Positions 1 through 13,000 of a stretch of 64,000 nucleotides of DNA are shown piece by piece. This DNA is from Octopus vulgaris. Lineage: Eukaryota. The position numbers were made by a program, and so were the translations under genes. The stretch covers positions 79,918,001 to 79,982,000 of the forward strand of contig OX597815.1 of assembly GCA_951406725.2 (NCBI GenBank), in the 5' to 3' direction. The notes under the pieces are model-generated. The model was not told where the DNA came from. It made no database searches and saw nothing but the letters and a program-made list of their open reading frames with translations. Every line of letters begins with the position of its first letter. Position 1 is the first letter of the stretch.

Positions 1-709
1 GATGATCATGACGAAGACGACGACGGCGACGACGATGGTTTTGATTAGCATTAAAATTGTCCATACATCCCAAAACTTTTCACAAATTGGGTGTTTTGCT
101 TAGTGAGAAAACTTAAACCATTAGCATTACCATAATGGGGACAATGCCACAGAAACCAAAGGTACGTTTGAGACTACTGAATTTAGTTGATGTGGTTTCG
201 CTTCTTGTCGTAATGACACTTCACTTTAATGCACTACATTTCAAAGAATTAATGCTCTTGGGAAACGCATGAATGCTGCAATCTCCAATACACCCATTTA
301 ATTCCTACCTTCCTGCCTTCTTTAAAATACAAGACCTTTTATACTACATCAAGTCAAAAGAAATTCTTATGACTATCATTATGAACAGTTATTTTCTCTA
401 TAAGCTGACACAGTTAAAAGAAGTAAGAGGGTATGGTGCACAAGAGGTAGTGGGGGTGGTGGTAAAATTGATCAATAAGCGAGGGAGACTCTTGACAAAA
501 TCCAGATGTTTGTGGTGGAGTGTTGTACAAAGTAAAAGTAGTAATTTATTATTTTTTTGTTATTTTTTTCTCTCTAGTATATTGAAAGTTGTATCAGTTG
601 TGGTTGTGGTTGTGGTTGTGAAAGTGTTAGTGATGGGGGTGAAGGATATGAAAATGATGATAAAGTGTTCACGTGAATAATTCCTCAAAATATGTGTAAA
701 ACACTATTA

Positions 710-791
710 GCAGCAGTAACAGCAGCAGCAGCAGTAGTAGCGGTGGTGGTGGTGGCGGTGGTGGTGGTAGTAGTTGTAGTAGTAGTAGTAT

Positions 792-835
<44 letters not shown>

Positions 836-845
836 ACAGCAGCAG
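710..845. repeat. Compound trinucleotide microsatellite (AGC/GGT/AGT)n
   Basis: Directly visible tandem triplets; they explain the poly-L/P ORF 669..896. Confidence 0.95.
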
Positions 846-1665
846 TATCGGAATCAATATGAGCGATAATTGATGTTTATGTGCGGCACATAGCAATTAC
901 GACAGTTGTTAGAAGGAAAGTGACAAGGGAAGCCCAATATAATTATACCGGAGGAACAAAAACAACATCAACAATCAACAATAAGAAAGAAAAAGCTTCA
1001 ATAGCATCAAAAACAAACAGAAAAATACAAGGCAGCTAAAATAATTGACCTAGTTATTTCTCAGTGGTGATAGTGGTGGTGGCGAGGTATTCAAGGCCAA
1101 AGAGTTCAATCGGAAAATAAAATCGAGAAGTATCGCAGTTTAGACCAGATTTGTAATTGACGGAACACCGAGACATGTGTCTGTCATAATAACACTAAAA
1201 CAAATGTTCAAAATCAAACAGCTAAAGTCTGAATTTTATGTTTCGAAGTTGTTATTGCGTTTGTTGAAATAAGTGATTCTGAACAATTTTTACTCATGAT
1301 CATTTTCATTCCTTTTTTACTCGGCGTGTGTGTGTGGTGGGGACCCTCATAGCTATTCGATATCTAAAAACTGCAAATATATTTTTATGATTAAATGTTA
1401 TTAGGAACTGTAGGAAAAATTGTTTAAATATTTTTTGCATTGCAGAAATATAAGTTTATTGTGCATAAGTTTTAACAAAATCTTATGTGGATCCCAAAGG
1501 GCCATCTAGACCCCGACTGAGAACTAGTGGTTTTAAATCGAGGTCAACCTTCAATAAGCAGAACTACAAGCAGAGCCATCCCAATCATGACCATTCCGAG
1601 TTTTTTCCAACGTGCAGTGAACCCGCAACTATATTATTCTATATATGCTCTCTCAAGAGAGCATA

Positions 1666-2556
1666 CGAGGTCTGATCAATAAATATCCGGACTGTTGCCA
1701 TAGCAACGATGCTAAAGCACACAGAGTGAAACCGTTTTCTAAAAATTGATATTGAACTCTGCTGTGCATGCGCACTAAATTTTAACGTTCTTGCTCACTT
1801 CCACTGTTTACAGCAGTATTTGGAAGGAAGGTATCTAGGGTGTGATCATCGCATTGACGATGACAGAATGCTCCCATGGCTATACCTGCTCACAGGCCTA
1901 CGCAGAGTTGCAGAAAGTGTATGGAAAGGAGTGTATGAGCCGCACGCTACTGTACTAGTGGTTCACACGTTTCCAAGATGGCCGACAAAATGTCGATATC
2001 GACGAACGTTCTAGGAGATCCGCAACCAGCAGAACTGAGAAAAACATCGCAGACGTGCGTGGAGCTGTGAGAGAAAAATCATGGAATCCCCATCCGTGAG
2101 TTATCAAAGGCTGATCAGATTAGTTACGGTTCAGTTCAGTCCATTATGAATGAAGATTTGGGTATGACACGCGTGTCTGCCAAGTTTGTGCCAAAACTGC
2201 TTTCAGCTGACCAAAATGACACTCGGGTTTCAGTTGCACAAGATCTTGATTGCATCGAGAACAATGGAAACTTTTTAAAAACTTTGCGTAGGCCTCTAAG
2301 CAGGTATCATCAAGGTTCTGGCAAAATTTGATGCAGATTCTCTGCTCAACTTTCTCTGTTATGGTCAATGCGACTATCACACACAACACATGTTCATTCC
2401 AAGCACTGCTATAAGCAACGGAAGTGAGCTAGAACGCTAAAACTTAGCTCGCATACACAGCAGAGTTCAAGGTCAATCTGTGTCAAGCGACTTTACTCTG
2501 CGTGCCTTAGCATCATTACAATAGCAACAGTCCGGATATTTATTGATCAGACCTCA
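1666..2556 (+). mobile_element. Non-autonomous mariner derivative (MITE) made of two inverted 5' ends
   Basis: TA|cgaggtctgatcaataaatatccggactgttgc ... gcaacagtccggatatttattgatcagacctca|TA. Transposase N-terminal remnants on + (EDLGMTRVSAKFVPKLL) and on - (EKVEQRICIKFC). Confidence 0.9.
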
Positions 2557-2681
2557 TACATTTCGATATGCATATATATTTAATGAACTTATTTGATTTG
2601 ATATATACATTTGCAAGTTTATAGTTATATGCTAGTTATATGTGTGTATGTATGTATGTGTGTGTATATATATTTTTGTAT

Positions 2682-2746
<65 letters not shown>

Positions 2747-2791
2747 TGAGAAAGGGAACGTGAGAACGAGAGCGAAATAACGAGATATATA

Positions 2792-3219
2792 AGCTGTGAG
2801 GGGTAATCATCGAATCACCATCCGTAAGTTATCAGATGTGCAAATTAGTTACGGTTCAGTTCAGTCCATTATCATTGAAGATTTGTGTATGAGATGCATG
2901 TCTGCCAAGTGTGCGCCAAAACTGTTTTCAGCCAACCAAAAATTTACTCGGGTTTCAGTTGCATAAGATCTTGATTGTATCGAGAACAATGAAGACTTTT
3001 TAAAAATTTTGCGTAGGCCTCTGAGCAGGTATCGCCAAGCTTCTGGCAAAATTTGATGCAGATTCTCTGCTGAAGTTTCTCTGTCATGGTCAATGCGACG
3101 ATCACACGCTACACCCGTTCTTTCCAAGCACTGCTATAAACAGCGGAAGTAAGCTAGAACTCTGCTTTGCGCATGCGCAGCAGAGTTCAACAGTTCGGAT
3201 ATTTATTGATCAGGCCACG
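2792..3219 (+). mobile_element. Right half of another copy of the same mariner MITE
   Basis: Homologous to 2064-2556; ends cagttcggatatttattgatcaggccacg|TA. Confidence 0.85.
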
Positions 3220-4229
3220 TATATAGGATTTCGAAAGTTAGCTACTGAACTACGCTCTGAATCAACATCATAATCGTCGTTGTCGCCATCATAACCCTCA
3301 CCCGTATCCTCTTCATCACCATTATCATCGTCGTCGTCGTCATCATGATCATGATCATGATCATCATGATCATCATCGTTGTTGTCGTTGTCACCATCAA
3401 CAACAACAACAACAGCAGCAGCAGCAGCAGCAGCAGCAACAACTACAACAACAACAAGATAGCCTTTGCCAATACCATCGAACACAGTACTAGACATTCG
3501 GAAGGATGAAAGCCATAGTTGACCTCGATGGTACTTCAAATGAGAACCTGAGGAATCGGAATAACTACCTCAAGGCATTTTAGCAGAGGCTCTAACGTAC
3601 GGTGCCTTTGATAGCTGTAATACCCCTTATTACTCTGGGCATCAAAAGTGGAATTTAGTGGGAGGAGGATAGTGGGTTATATCACACCTTCACCACCCGT
3701 GCTTAATTGGTACATGTTTCATCGACCCCAAAACGACGAAAGGCACTTGAACACAGAACGTAAAACCAGCAGAAATGCCGCTAAGCGTTTTGTACATTTT
3801 GTTAACGATTTTGCTGGTTTGCCACCATTTTGATTGCCGTAATAATAATAACAATAATAACCGCTTTCTTTGTTACATGATTACAAATTTAGTAGAAGAG
3901 GTCACCAGAATTGGATTTCATTAGCCCGTACTTAGGGTTGGGAAGACTAATACTCCAATCAGTGACAAGAATCGGTACAAGAAATCTGAGTAGATTTTCA
4001 ACTGAGGAACAAATATATAACATGACGTAACATGACAGGATATTCGCAGATGTAAAACGATATTCGTGGCTGAGGTCGCTTTATATTTGATACTAAAATT
4101 CCGGGCATCCCATATCCATAATCATCAACGTTGCCGATGGACTACCCGTGACGACGACGACGACGATGATGATGATGATACTATTAGTGCTTAAAGACTG
4201 ATCATATAGCACTTATTTGTGAATTTAGG

Positions 4230-4580
4230 ACGAGTGCCTGATCCTGTAATCTAGATTTTGAGAATAGGTACTAGATTTCTGGTGAAGTGGACTAGCTGTA
4301 TGGAGATCTGTCTGATTCCACCAACATAAGGGAACGGTGTTTGTACATTGCTGGTCATTACTGGTAAGCTGAACAAAAGCTAGAAAGTGACCTACTGCTA
4401 TGGACGCCAAAGTATGACTGTACTCGAGCGAGTCGACTGAACATAATATATGTTGTTCAATTTACCAGAGACACTGGATGCCTCCTCGAAGACCTCTCAC
4501 AGCTAATGTAGGACTGAGGTGGATGGCGTGTGCATGTTAAAAGTGTCCGAGGACTGGCGTCGTATCCAGAGGGAGTTTGT
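4230..4580 (+). mobile_element. Decayed RTE-clade LINE 3' fragment
   Basis: Broken frame reads AGHYW...SDLLLWTPK...QFTRDTGCLLEDL...GWR, typical of the RTE ORF C-terminus. Confidence 0.6.
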
Positions 4581-5495
4581 TCGTCGCCTACTTATTTAAA
4601 GTTGCATATTCTTGTTGAAAGAGTCATGCATGTTCAGAAATAAAATTATCGTATTTTTTTGTTTTTACATGTATGTTATAAATGGCAAGGATGGTGCCAC
4701 GGTTGTAGTATATTCTATCGTTACTACTTCTGATACTATACTGCTGATGAAAATGATGATGATCACTGTTTTTAAAAGCTTGTCTTAAAATATGTTTGAT
4801 TTATCTAACAAGAAGGTATTTGTCAAATCTGAAAGAAAGCAGATTCTTACAACACGTCATAGAAGTTATGAAATTGAGCAGGGGAAAGAAATGGAAAGGA
4901 AGAGAGATGTGTGTGTGGTGGGGAAGGGGGTGTACACGTGGGTGTAGAAAGAAAGGGGAGGGAGAGAGCGAAAAAGGGAGAAAAAATTTGGTAAGATAGA
5001 AGCGAGGTGGGGGGACAGAAAGAATTACAGAAGATGGAGAACAGGGAAGCTAGGAGATGCCGAGATAATGTGTAAAAGAGGTTAATTAATTTACAGGTTA
5101 ATAACCTGGCAATATATAATAAATATAGCTGTTCATATTATTGGTTGTTATATTCCTTACGTCCCGCCTAATGTATTTCGCTTGTCAAGAATTAATTTGT
5201 CTAATATCGTTAACTACAGTTTTATAATTTTTTAACGGTAATGTTAAGTTTTTGCAGCTAAGTCGGTTACACTGTCACCTGGAACACGGATCTTAACATT
5301 GTACAGACGTTGTGTGATTTTTTCTTTTATTTTATTTTTAGATACAATATACTATAAATCATTAAAGAAACTCACTATTAAGCACATGACTACCAAACAA
5401 AATATTGGTGACTCGATTTCTTTCGTATAGTTGAGCTAAAAAAAAAAACTTAACACGGAAGTGCCCTATACCATTTTCAGGACAAAGTGTAACCC

Positions 5496-5720
5496 TCTTT
5501 ACTCTCTTTTACTTTCTTTTACTTGTTTCAGTCATGTGACTGTGGCCATGCTGGAGCACCGCCTTTAGTCGATCAAATCGACCCCAGGACTTATTCTTTG
5601 TAAGCCTAGTACTTATTTTATCGGTCTCTTTTTTGCCGAACCGCTAAGTTACGGGGACGTAAACACACCAGCATCGGTTGTCAAACAACGCTAGGGGGAC
5701 AAACATAGACACACAAACAT

Positions 5721-5800
<80 letters not shown>

Positions 5801-5961
5801 CGGGCTTCTTTCAATTTCCGTCTACCAAGTCCACTCACAAGGCTTTGATCGGCCCGAGGCTATAGTAGAAGACACTTACCCAAGGTGCCACGCAGTGGGA
5901 CTGAACCCGGAACCATGTGGTTCGTAAGCAAGCTACTTACTACACAGCCACTCCTACGCCT
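5496..5961 (-). mobile_element. tRNA-derived CORE-like SINE (family A; resembles octopus OR-type SINEs)
   Basis: Minus strand: A-box gtggctgtgtagtaag, B-box gggttcagtccc, CORE-like gcaccttgggtaagtgtctt, internal (TA)n(TG)n, tail of gtaaaaga repeats; several copies in the window. Confidence 0.85.
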
Positions 5962-6698
5962 ATATTAAGTATTATATTTTCATACCTCTCATACTCTATA
6001 CTAATAAAATGGACAATACTGATGCTTATTTTCATGCATTTGGAGTTCATGAGCTGAGGAATATATGCGCTAAGGAAACTGAATGGCTTATCTACATGAT
6101 TGCAACAAAGTAAACTCTATTACAGACACGAAGACCAGAAGATGATGTTTTCTGCTAAAATAGCTCGTTATGGAGCGAGAGGAAAATAGGAGAGATCTTT
6201 AGAGGAAGAACTTTCAAACGAGTGCTTTGGGTCGTTAATTCCTGACACTTTAATGGAGTAGGTTCCGCTAAGGCCATGATTCCTAAGTGTCCTCCAGCTA
6301 TTTTTGAAATGTCATCTTGAGTGTGGATTGAACTCGGGACCTTCGGGTAGTCTTATTTCCCTGGACTGTGGTTTGTGTCGCCCGACCACGAAGACCACCA
6401 CAAAATACTGTGGACCTATTTCAAAATAGATTTACCTCCTAGAATGTATGGCGGCTTGCACCATTCCTTTGCAGCTCTAGAGCTTCAGCTGGAGTTCCTC
6501 TTTCCCATAGCCACATGAAGTTCTTCTCAGCAATCTCTGACAGGCATTTCATTATCACTTTTGCTTTGCGATCTTTGATTTTGAGCTGAACTAGAAATTG
6601 GCACATGAAGGCTGCAACAAACTCTCATGTGCCAACTTCTACTATCTGTACTGTGCAACGGTACCTCACTGTTGTCAGTTCTTCCACCTTAAATTGGT

Positions 6699-6770
6699 GT
6701 TGCATATGGCATAGTGGTTAAGAGCGTGGGCTACTAACCCCAAGACTCCGAGTTCGTTTCCAAGCAGTGA

Positions 6771-6847
<77 letters not shown>

Positions 6848-7045
6848 GCAACAACAACAACATCGAAAAATACTTTAGGAATGAGAACCCAGGTTCGAAA
6901 TTTCCCCAAGACACCTGATGAAGGCTGGAGGGTATATCAGCTGAAACGTTGTGTTAACAACAAACAAGATGAGGACAAATATCCGTCAATTGTAAATAAT
7001 GTAAATAATGTACATAATTCCTCATCTCTTAAATACACAACTGTA
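6699..7045 (+). mobile_element. tRNA-headed short element with (AAT)n and a hammerhead-bearing tail
   Basis: A-box tggcatagtggtta and B-box gagttcgtttcc within 6699-6772; (AAT)n 6775-6847; HHR 6910-6955. Confidence 0.65.
6910..6955 (+). ncRNA. Minimal type-I hammerhead ribozyme
   Basis: gacac-CTGATGA-a-ggctg(gagggtatat)cagct-GAAA-cg-TT-gtgtt: stems I and II pair, stem III is palindromic AACGTT. Confidence 0.75.
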
Positions 7046-7681
7046 TTACTCTTATAAGGGGCCGTCAGCTCGACCAAGCTGGTTTTAACTCCTGATTTCG
7101 ACCACAAGACAATTTATGGTTTGTCTTTTCATTCTAATGAATTCGGATAGTGTTCGCGCCAGTCTGGGCTATGTGCAAATATTTTCCATTCCGTTCAAAT
7201 ACAAATAGATTTTGCATTAGCACAACTTCATGCATAAATATACTTCTGAACCCAAACCACTTCTTCCCTTCGGTTACAAACATTAGGGCAGACTATAGTC
7301 CACCAAATCAAAATATCTAGTGGTTTTCCAAAGGCCTTTGATGCTAATGGAATTTTCATTTACTTCACTAAACTTACTTATCACTAACTGCTTGCTTATA
7401 AATCATTACATATAAGAAAGTGGAGTAACAAGGTGAGTGTAATTAACCTAGAACCAAGGTTTTTCTAAGTTCCATAATTTCATTCAACACTAACATAGTA
7501 TCAAAATGTGTATTTCTATACCTACTAATATAAGAACAAGTCTTCAAATTTGGGTGATGAGTATAGTCGAATATATAAACATCTGTATTTCAAGATTACT
7601 TATTTACTTATTTTATCGATCCCAGAAGGATAGAAAGGCAAAGTTGATCTTAACGAAAATAGAACTTAAACGTATACTACT

Positions 7682-7921
7682 AAATACCTATTTCTTTACT
7701 ACCCACAAGGGGCTAAACATAGAGGGGACAAACAAGTACAGACAAACGGTTTAAGTCGATTACATCGACCCCAGTGCGTAATTGGTACTTAATTTATCGA
7801 CCCCGAAAGGATGAAAGGTAAAGTTGACCTCGGCGGAATTTGAACTCAGAACGCAGCGGTGGACGAAATACCACAAAGTATTTCGCCCGGCGTGCTAACG
7901 TTTCTGCCAGATCGCCGCCTT
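7682..7921 (-). mobile_element. tRNA-derived SINE (family B)
   Basis: Minus: aaggcggcgatctggcagaaacgttagc...gagttcaaattcc...ctttcatcctttcggggtcgataaattaagtacc; many copies in the window. Confidence 0.85.
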
Positions 7922-8308
7922 TATACTATAAAATACCGTTAAGGATCTTGTCGGCCTCTTACCAGTTCTACCAAGGCCACACTCTGGAATGTGCATAGAT
8001 ATGATAGACCAAATATGCCAGTCATTGGTTAAATTAAAATACCGGACGACAAGCACAACTGAGTTAAGGTATATGACCCGTATTATGCACACAAATACCT
8101 AAATCCACATATATCAAACTCACATATATTGATATCTTTATCATGTTACACAAGATCAGTTTTTGAAAGATAGAGCTAGATAGTGGAATCCAGTATATCA
8201 TTACTACTTGTTCTATCAACTTTGACAGGATTCGAACCTAAAATACAACTGATGAGGAAAACCAAATACTGTAAAGTATTTACCGCAGTATACTTCCTGA
8301 ATATCTAA

Positions 8309-8339
<31 letters not shown>

Positions 8340-8385
8340 CTTCTTCTTCTTCTTCTTCTTCTTCTTCTTCTTCTTCTTCTTCTTC
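8309..8385. repeat. (CTT)n microsatellite
   Basis: Visible tandem repeat. Confidence 0.95.
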
Positions 8386-10059
8386 TCTCTGTCTCTCTGT
8401 CTGTCTGTCTCTCTCTCTGTCTCTCTCTCTCTATATATATATTTATATAATGTATATATACATATATTTATATACACATACATACGCATGTATACACACG
8501 TATAAATACATATACACCTAAGTATGTATAAATATATGTGCGTGTGGAAGTGGTGGGGAGAGAGACTTGAGACACAAAGAGTGAAGTTCTGATAGATATG
8601 AATAAAGGAAGCAAAACGGGTGTAGGAGTTGTGTACGTAAGTAGATAAATATATAAATAAATAGCAAGGTAAGTATTTTGTTAGTAAGCTCGGCTCATAA
8701 ACACAAGAAAAAACAGCGATAGGTACAAATAGAACTAAAGCGTGAAAAAGGAGAAAGAGGGAGAGAGAGGGAAAGAAAGAAAGATAGAAAGGGGATTATC
8801 ATAAATATATTATGAATAAAGTGTTTTTTTATCTCCTTACCAGAGAACGCCCAAACTATTGAAAAGTGCTGATCTGGAATTCCTAGCACCTGTTAGCATT
8901 CTATAGGTTGTTTCTAAGTGCACAACGCTTGGAGTGAATGTTTTTTTCCTTCCTAGCTGTTTCCCACTAACAATACTGGTTTCTTTTCTCTATAATATAA
9001 AATGTCAAACATTAAAGGGGGTGGGGATATGGGAAGTCATAATTCTTGACAATTAAAAATAAAAGGTGCTAGAAGAGAAAGTGAATTTAATGAATTTCAA
9101 TAGATAATCTAAAACAGGTAATGAATGATGAATGGTGAATGATGTACGGGTATATCTCTGCTTACCCTTTAACAATAGGCGCCTCCTGCGAAATTGCTCG
9201 ACCTGATTCAAATTGCAGCTGAATCTCTCTTAAATCACAGACTACCGTCTTAACCAGTGGATTTTTTTTGTTAGTCTGATAAAACATGTACCTGTAACAC
9301 ATTTGGGTCGATGAGGGCAGTAAATAGAAATATCAGTTGAGTAGGGTGAGCAAAATGAGCTGCGCTATTTAAATACACTCCTTTGCGTTTCGGTTGAAAT
9401 ATTGCAGAAGTCGATTTTGCCTTTCAGCGTCGAGAAAATACGATACCAGGAGCGATATTTGGGGTGGGTGGAATCTCTTTAACTATACCCTTCTCGCAAA
9501 TTTTGTAGTTTTTGTGGAAAAGCAGTATCATTGACTGGATTGAGCGTGTTGACTGTAAATATTTTTACCCTCCACTTAAGCTCTCATGAAAGTTTTCAAA
9601 TAGTTTTCGAAGTGACGGTGAAGAGGAAAATGAACGGCAAATTTTATAGATAACGAGTGAGTATACTGAACGTCAGATGGATAAAAATGAAACATTTCTG
9701 TTTCATTGCAGCCAAGAAAATGTGCGATTAGAGTATATAAACCTTTCAGTTTAAACTTTGGTGCAGAGAGGGAGCCGTACTTGAAATAGACAATAAGGCA
9801 ATTTTAGGATACACCAATAACCCCCAAATTATTTTCCATCTATTGGGACACACATGCAATATATTTCGTGTGAGATAATTTTGTTTGTTTCCACTTGCTG
9901 TTCCTACCACACTCAATATGAAAGTCCAACTGTTTTGAGGCAAGAAAAGAAACCGTTATAATTACAAATTTTATAATTATTTTTATTGGGTGCTTTTATA
10001 ACACTCCCAAGCGCAGCTCTCTATTTTTGCTTTCTATTGTATTGACAGTATTATACGTA

Positions 10060-11499
10060 ATATCTATGCAGTATCTAGAAGTGACACTTTCTGTAGCTCT
10101 TTGCATATGTAAGTTCTGATGCTATGGTTATGCACGAGTCTGTATCTTTTGTTTTAACTGTTTCTCAAGACATCTATGATTATAGAGATAATTTTAGTCT
10201 TAATCCAACATTCTGATCTCTTCAGTTTCAAAATCTTATGTTTGAATGATCTTTCTATTTCTTTCAGTGATGCATTATTACCTGTTGTGATAGCTAGTTC
10301 TATTGGAGTACACTTTCTATCCTAGCAGTCTTGGTAATAATATCTGGATTATTTGTCTTGTTGCGTGTACACTCACATATCCCAAAGTATTGTCGAGTTG
10401 CCGTTTTCTGAGACATTTTCTGGGGGTATATTTATAATATCACTTATTTGGTAGTATTTGAGACGGTTTCTTAATTTCTAGTGTTTATAAGCTACAATTC
10501 TGTAGTGTCTGCATGTATTTTATCTCTTACTCAGGGCAGCAGGAAACAATGTGATTGTTTCTTCCCAACCTACTATAGTTACTTAGTTTATTATGCTTCA
10601 GTTCATGTTTATGGTTTTTCTGGTGAGATGGTATTGGTCCTGTGCTACAATAAGAAATGCTTCAGGCGCAGTTTCAAACCCGTACATCTTAGCCAGTACT
10701 GTATTTTCTTAAAAGTTTTTCCAGATGTTGTTCATGTAAGGCCACTCCTTGTCACTGTTTTATCAGTTCGTTTTCAGCTACGTAAGTTGTTACGTTTTTT
10801 AAAACAATTTCTATTGTTGACTTTGCTTTGTTTTCATACTATCATCTCAGCCTGTTTTACATTTATTCGCTTTCTTAACGACAAAATCAGTTTTTCATGT
10901 TTCGTTCTTTACTAGATACTTTTGTAGTACGACAGCAGATATTTTATAATAAATTAATTTCAACTTACAGAAAACTCCCACCTCACAATATTCTGAAGGT
11001 AGTCATTACTTTCTATTATTCTCTTCTCGTTCTAGTCTTACTAATTCTTTTAGCGTATAACTTTTTCTGAGGCAGCTTTAATATTGATGCATGTTAGCAG
11101 ATATGTTTTGTATTTAGATCCGTTTTGTGTATTAATCTAATGCGTCTTTCATATTCTTTTCATACATTTTCTTTCATTTGAGTGTGTTTATTAATTCCTG
11201 TGTATTTGTAAGTCTGCATTTGTTTCTAATTCTATTGTATTATTTTAAAAATTAATTCAAAACACGAGTATTTTTAATTAATTTCTCTCTCTTAAAAATT
11301 GCATTGACGCATTTTTCTAATCAGGACCATATAATACCAACTCCATATACTGTCTACAGTAGTGTTTCTACTTGTTTATTAGCAAATGGATTACGTCCAT
11401 ATACAAAAGATGGTTGATTGTCATTCCATAGCATTTGTTCGCGAGTTTAGTCTCGATTAATATGTTGGCTATAAGTAACAGCGCTTGGCAGAAAAGGAG

Positions 11500-11539
<40 letters not shown>

Positions 11540-13000
11540 AGAGAGATCCATTCAGTGATGGGTGTTAATTTTTATAATTCCTACTTTTATCCTTATATAC
11601 AGAGTCTACCATTTACCAATGATATATTCAGTATACTTGCTTACTGGTGATAATTTGCTCATCACTTATGTATCTAGGATTCACATGTGGGTAACACTAA
11701 TTCTTTTATTCTTTTACTTGTTTCAGTCATTTGACTGCAGCTGCGCTGGAACACCACCTCAAAGGATTTCGTCAAATAAATCGACCTCCTCGGCCTAATA
11801 CTTATTTTTCGATGTTAAGCGATGGGGTACAAACACAGACACAAACACACAAAAATATATATATATATATTCGAAAGGCTTCTTTTAGTTTCCGTCTACC
11901 AGATCCTCTCACATGGTGTTGGTCGGCCCAAAGCTATAGTATAAAACACTTGCTCTAGGTGCCAGGCAGTGGAACTGAACCCAGAACCATGTGGTTGGGA
12001 AGCAAGCTTCTTACCACACAACAGAATACATTTTGAGGTATTCTATATATTTCATGCTTAGAGATCCCTCTCTCTCCTACAGTCTACGGTTAGTCATTAA
12101 TTCATATGCACCTTCTGCATTTCTGGAAACGGGTTTCTACTTATCAAATAGTTAACTCTTTGTAGGATAGCTAGCTGGTTACGGTCATGTAGCTTTAGGA
12201 TATGTCGGTCCTTTTATTAAATATTGCTGAACAAAATGGTTTTCTTTTCAGTCAGCCATTCAGGTGATGCTTCCGTCTTTTTTCAAAAGGTTATTAAATA
12301 TTTATACCAGCCTTTTGTGTGTGCATATTAAATATTGCAACAGGTTTGGAATATGATTATTTCCGGGTATTTTCCACCTATTCGTGTATTTTGTATCGTC
12401 TAACCTACGCCTTTTCTCAGGTTTCCTTTCTACTGTTCAGGTACTTCACTTGTTGGTTTGAACCGTCTTGTCCATGATGATCCCTTTGCTGTTCATTATC
12501 TTCCTCCCGATTATTCTCTATTCCCTTGATGTTTGTGCTGTGTTGATTTTCTATCGTATTACCTAGTTCTCGAAGTGTTCACTTTGCTCAGTAAATTGGT
12601 GTCGTTTTTCCTAACGACTGAGTCTCAGCTTAGTGATGTGAAGCTATACCTTTCATCTCAGTTTAGTGAAGATATACCTTTCTTCAGATGCCCCATGGTT
12701 ACAAGATATTTCTATAGTATTCACCCACTCCCTTTGCTTCTTTCATTATCTGTGTCTGTTCTATGTTGGTTTCTTTAAGAATTAAGTTACCTTTCATCTT
12801 TTATCTTTTATTTTATAAATGAGTGGATCTAAGCACTTATCCATTTTCCTTCGAAACTTGCGTGGCTGCTGACGATGTAATTTAGTTTTTTTTTCTGGTG
12901 GTATTGATGTTTGCGTTTGTTTTCATTAATCTAAAATGGCCAGGCTTGCAATTTTATTGTTGATGCTTTTTACCTCAAAGTATTTATCATCCGGAGTGTC
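10060..13000 (-). mobile_element. Old, heavily decayed RLE-type (Dong/R4-like) LINE, interrupted by a SINE
   Basis: Minus-strand remnants PENVSENGNSTILWD / NPDII near 10340-10425 and WKIPG..WYK..PEWL near 12250-12380; many stops. Confidence 0.5.
11702..12020 (-). mobile_element. SINE family A (internally deleted copy)
   Basis: Homologous to 5496-5961. Confidence 0.8.

Noticed and set aside
6699-6772. Possible functional tRNA gene
   Set aside because: Acceptor and T stems are imperfect and it is fused to a repeat tail; treated as a SINE-like head.
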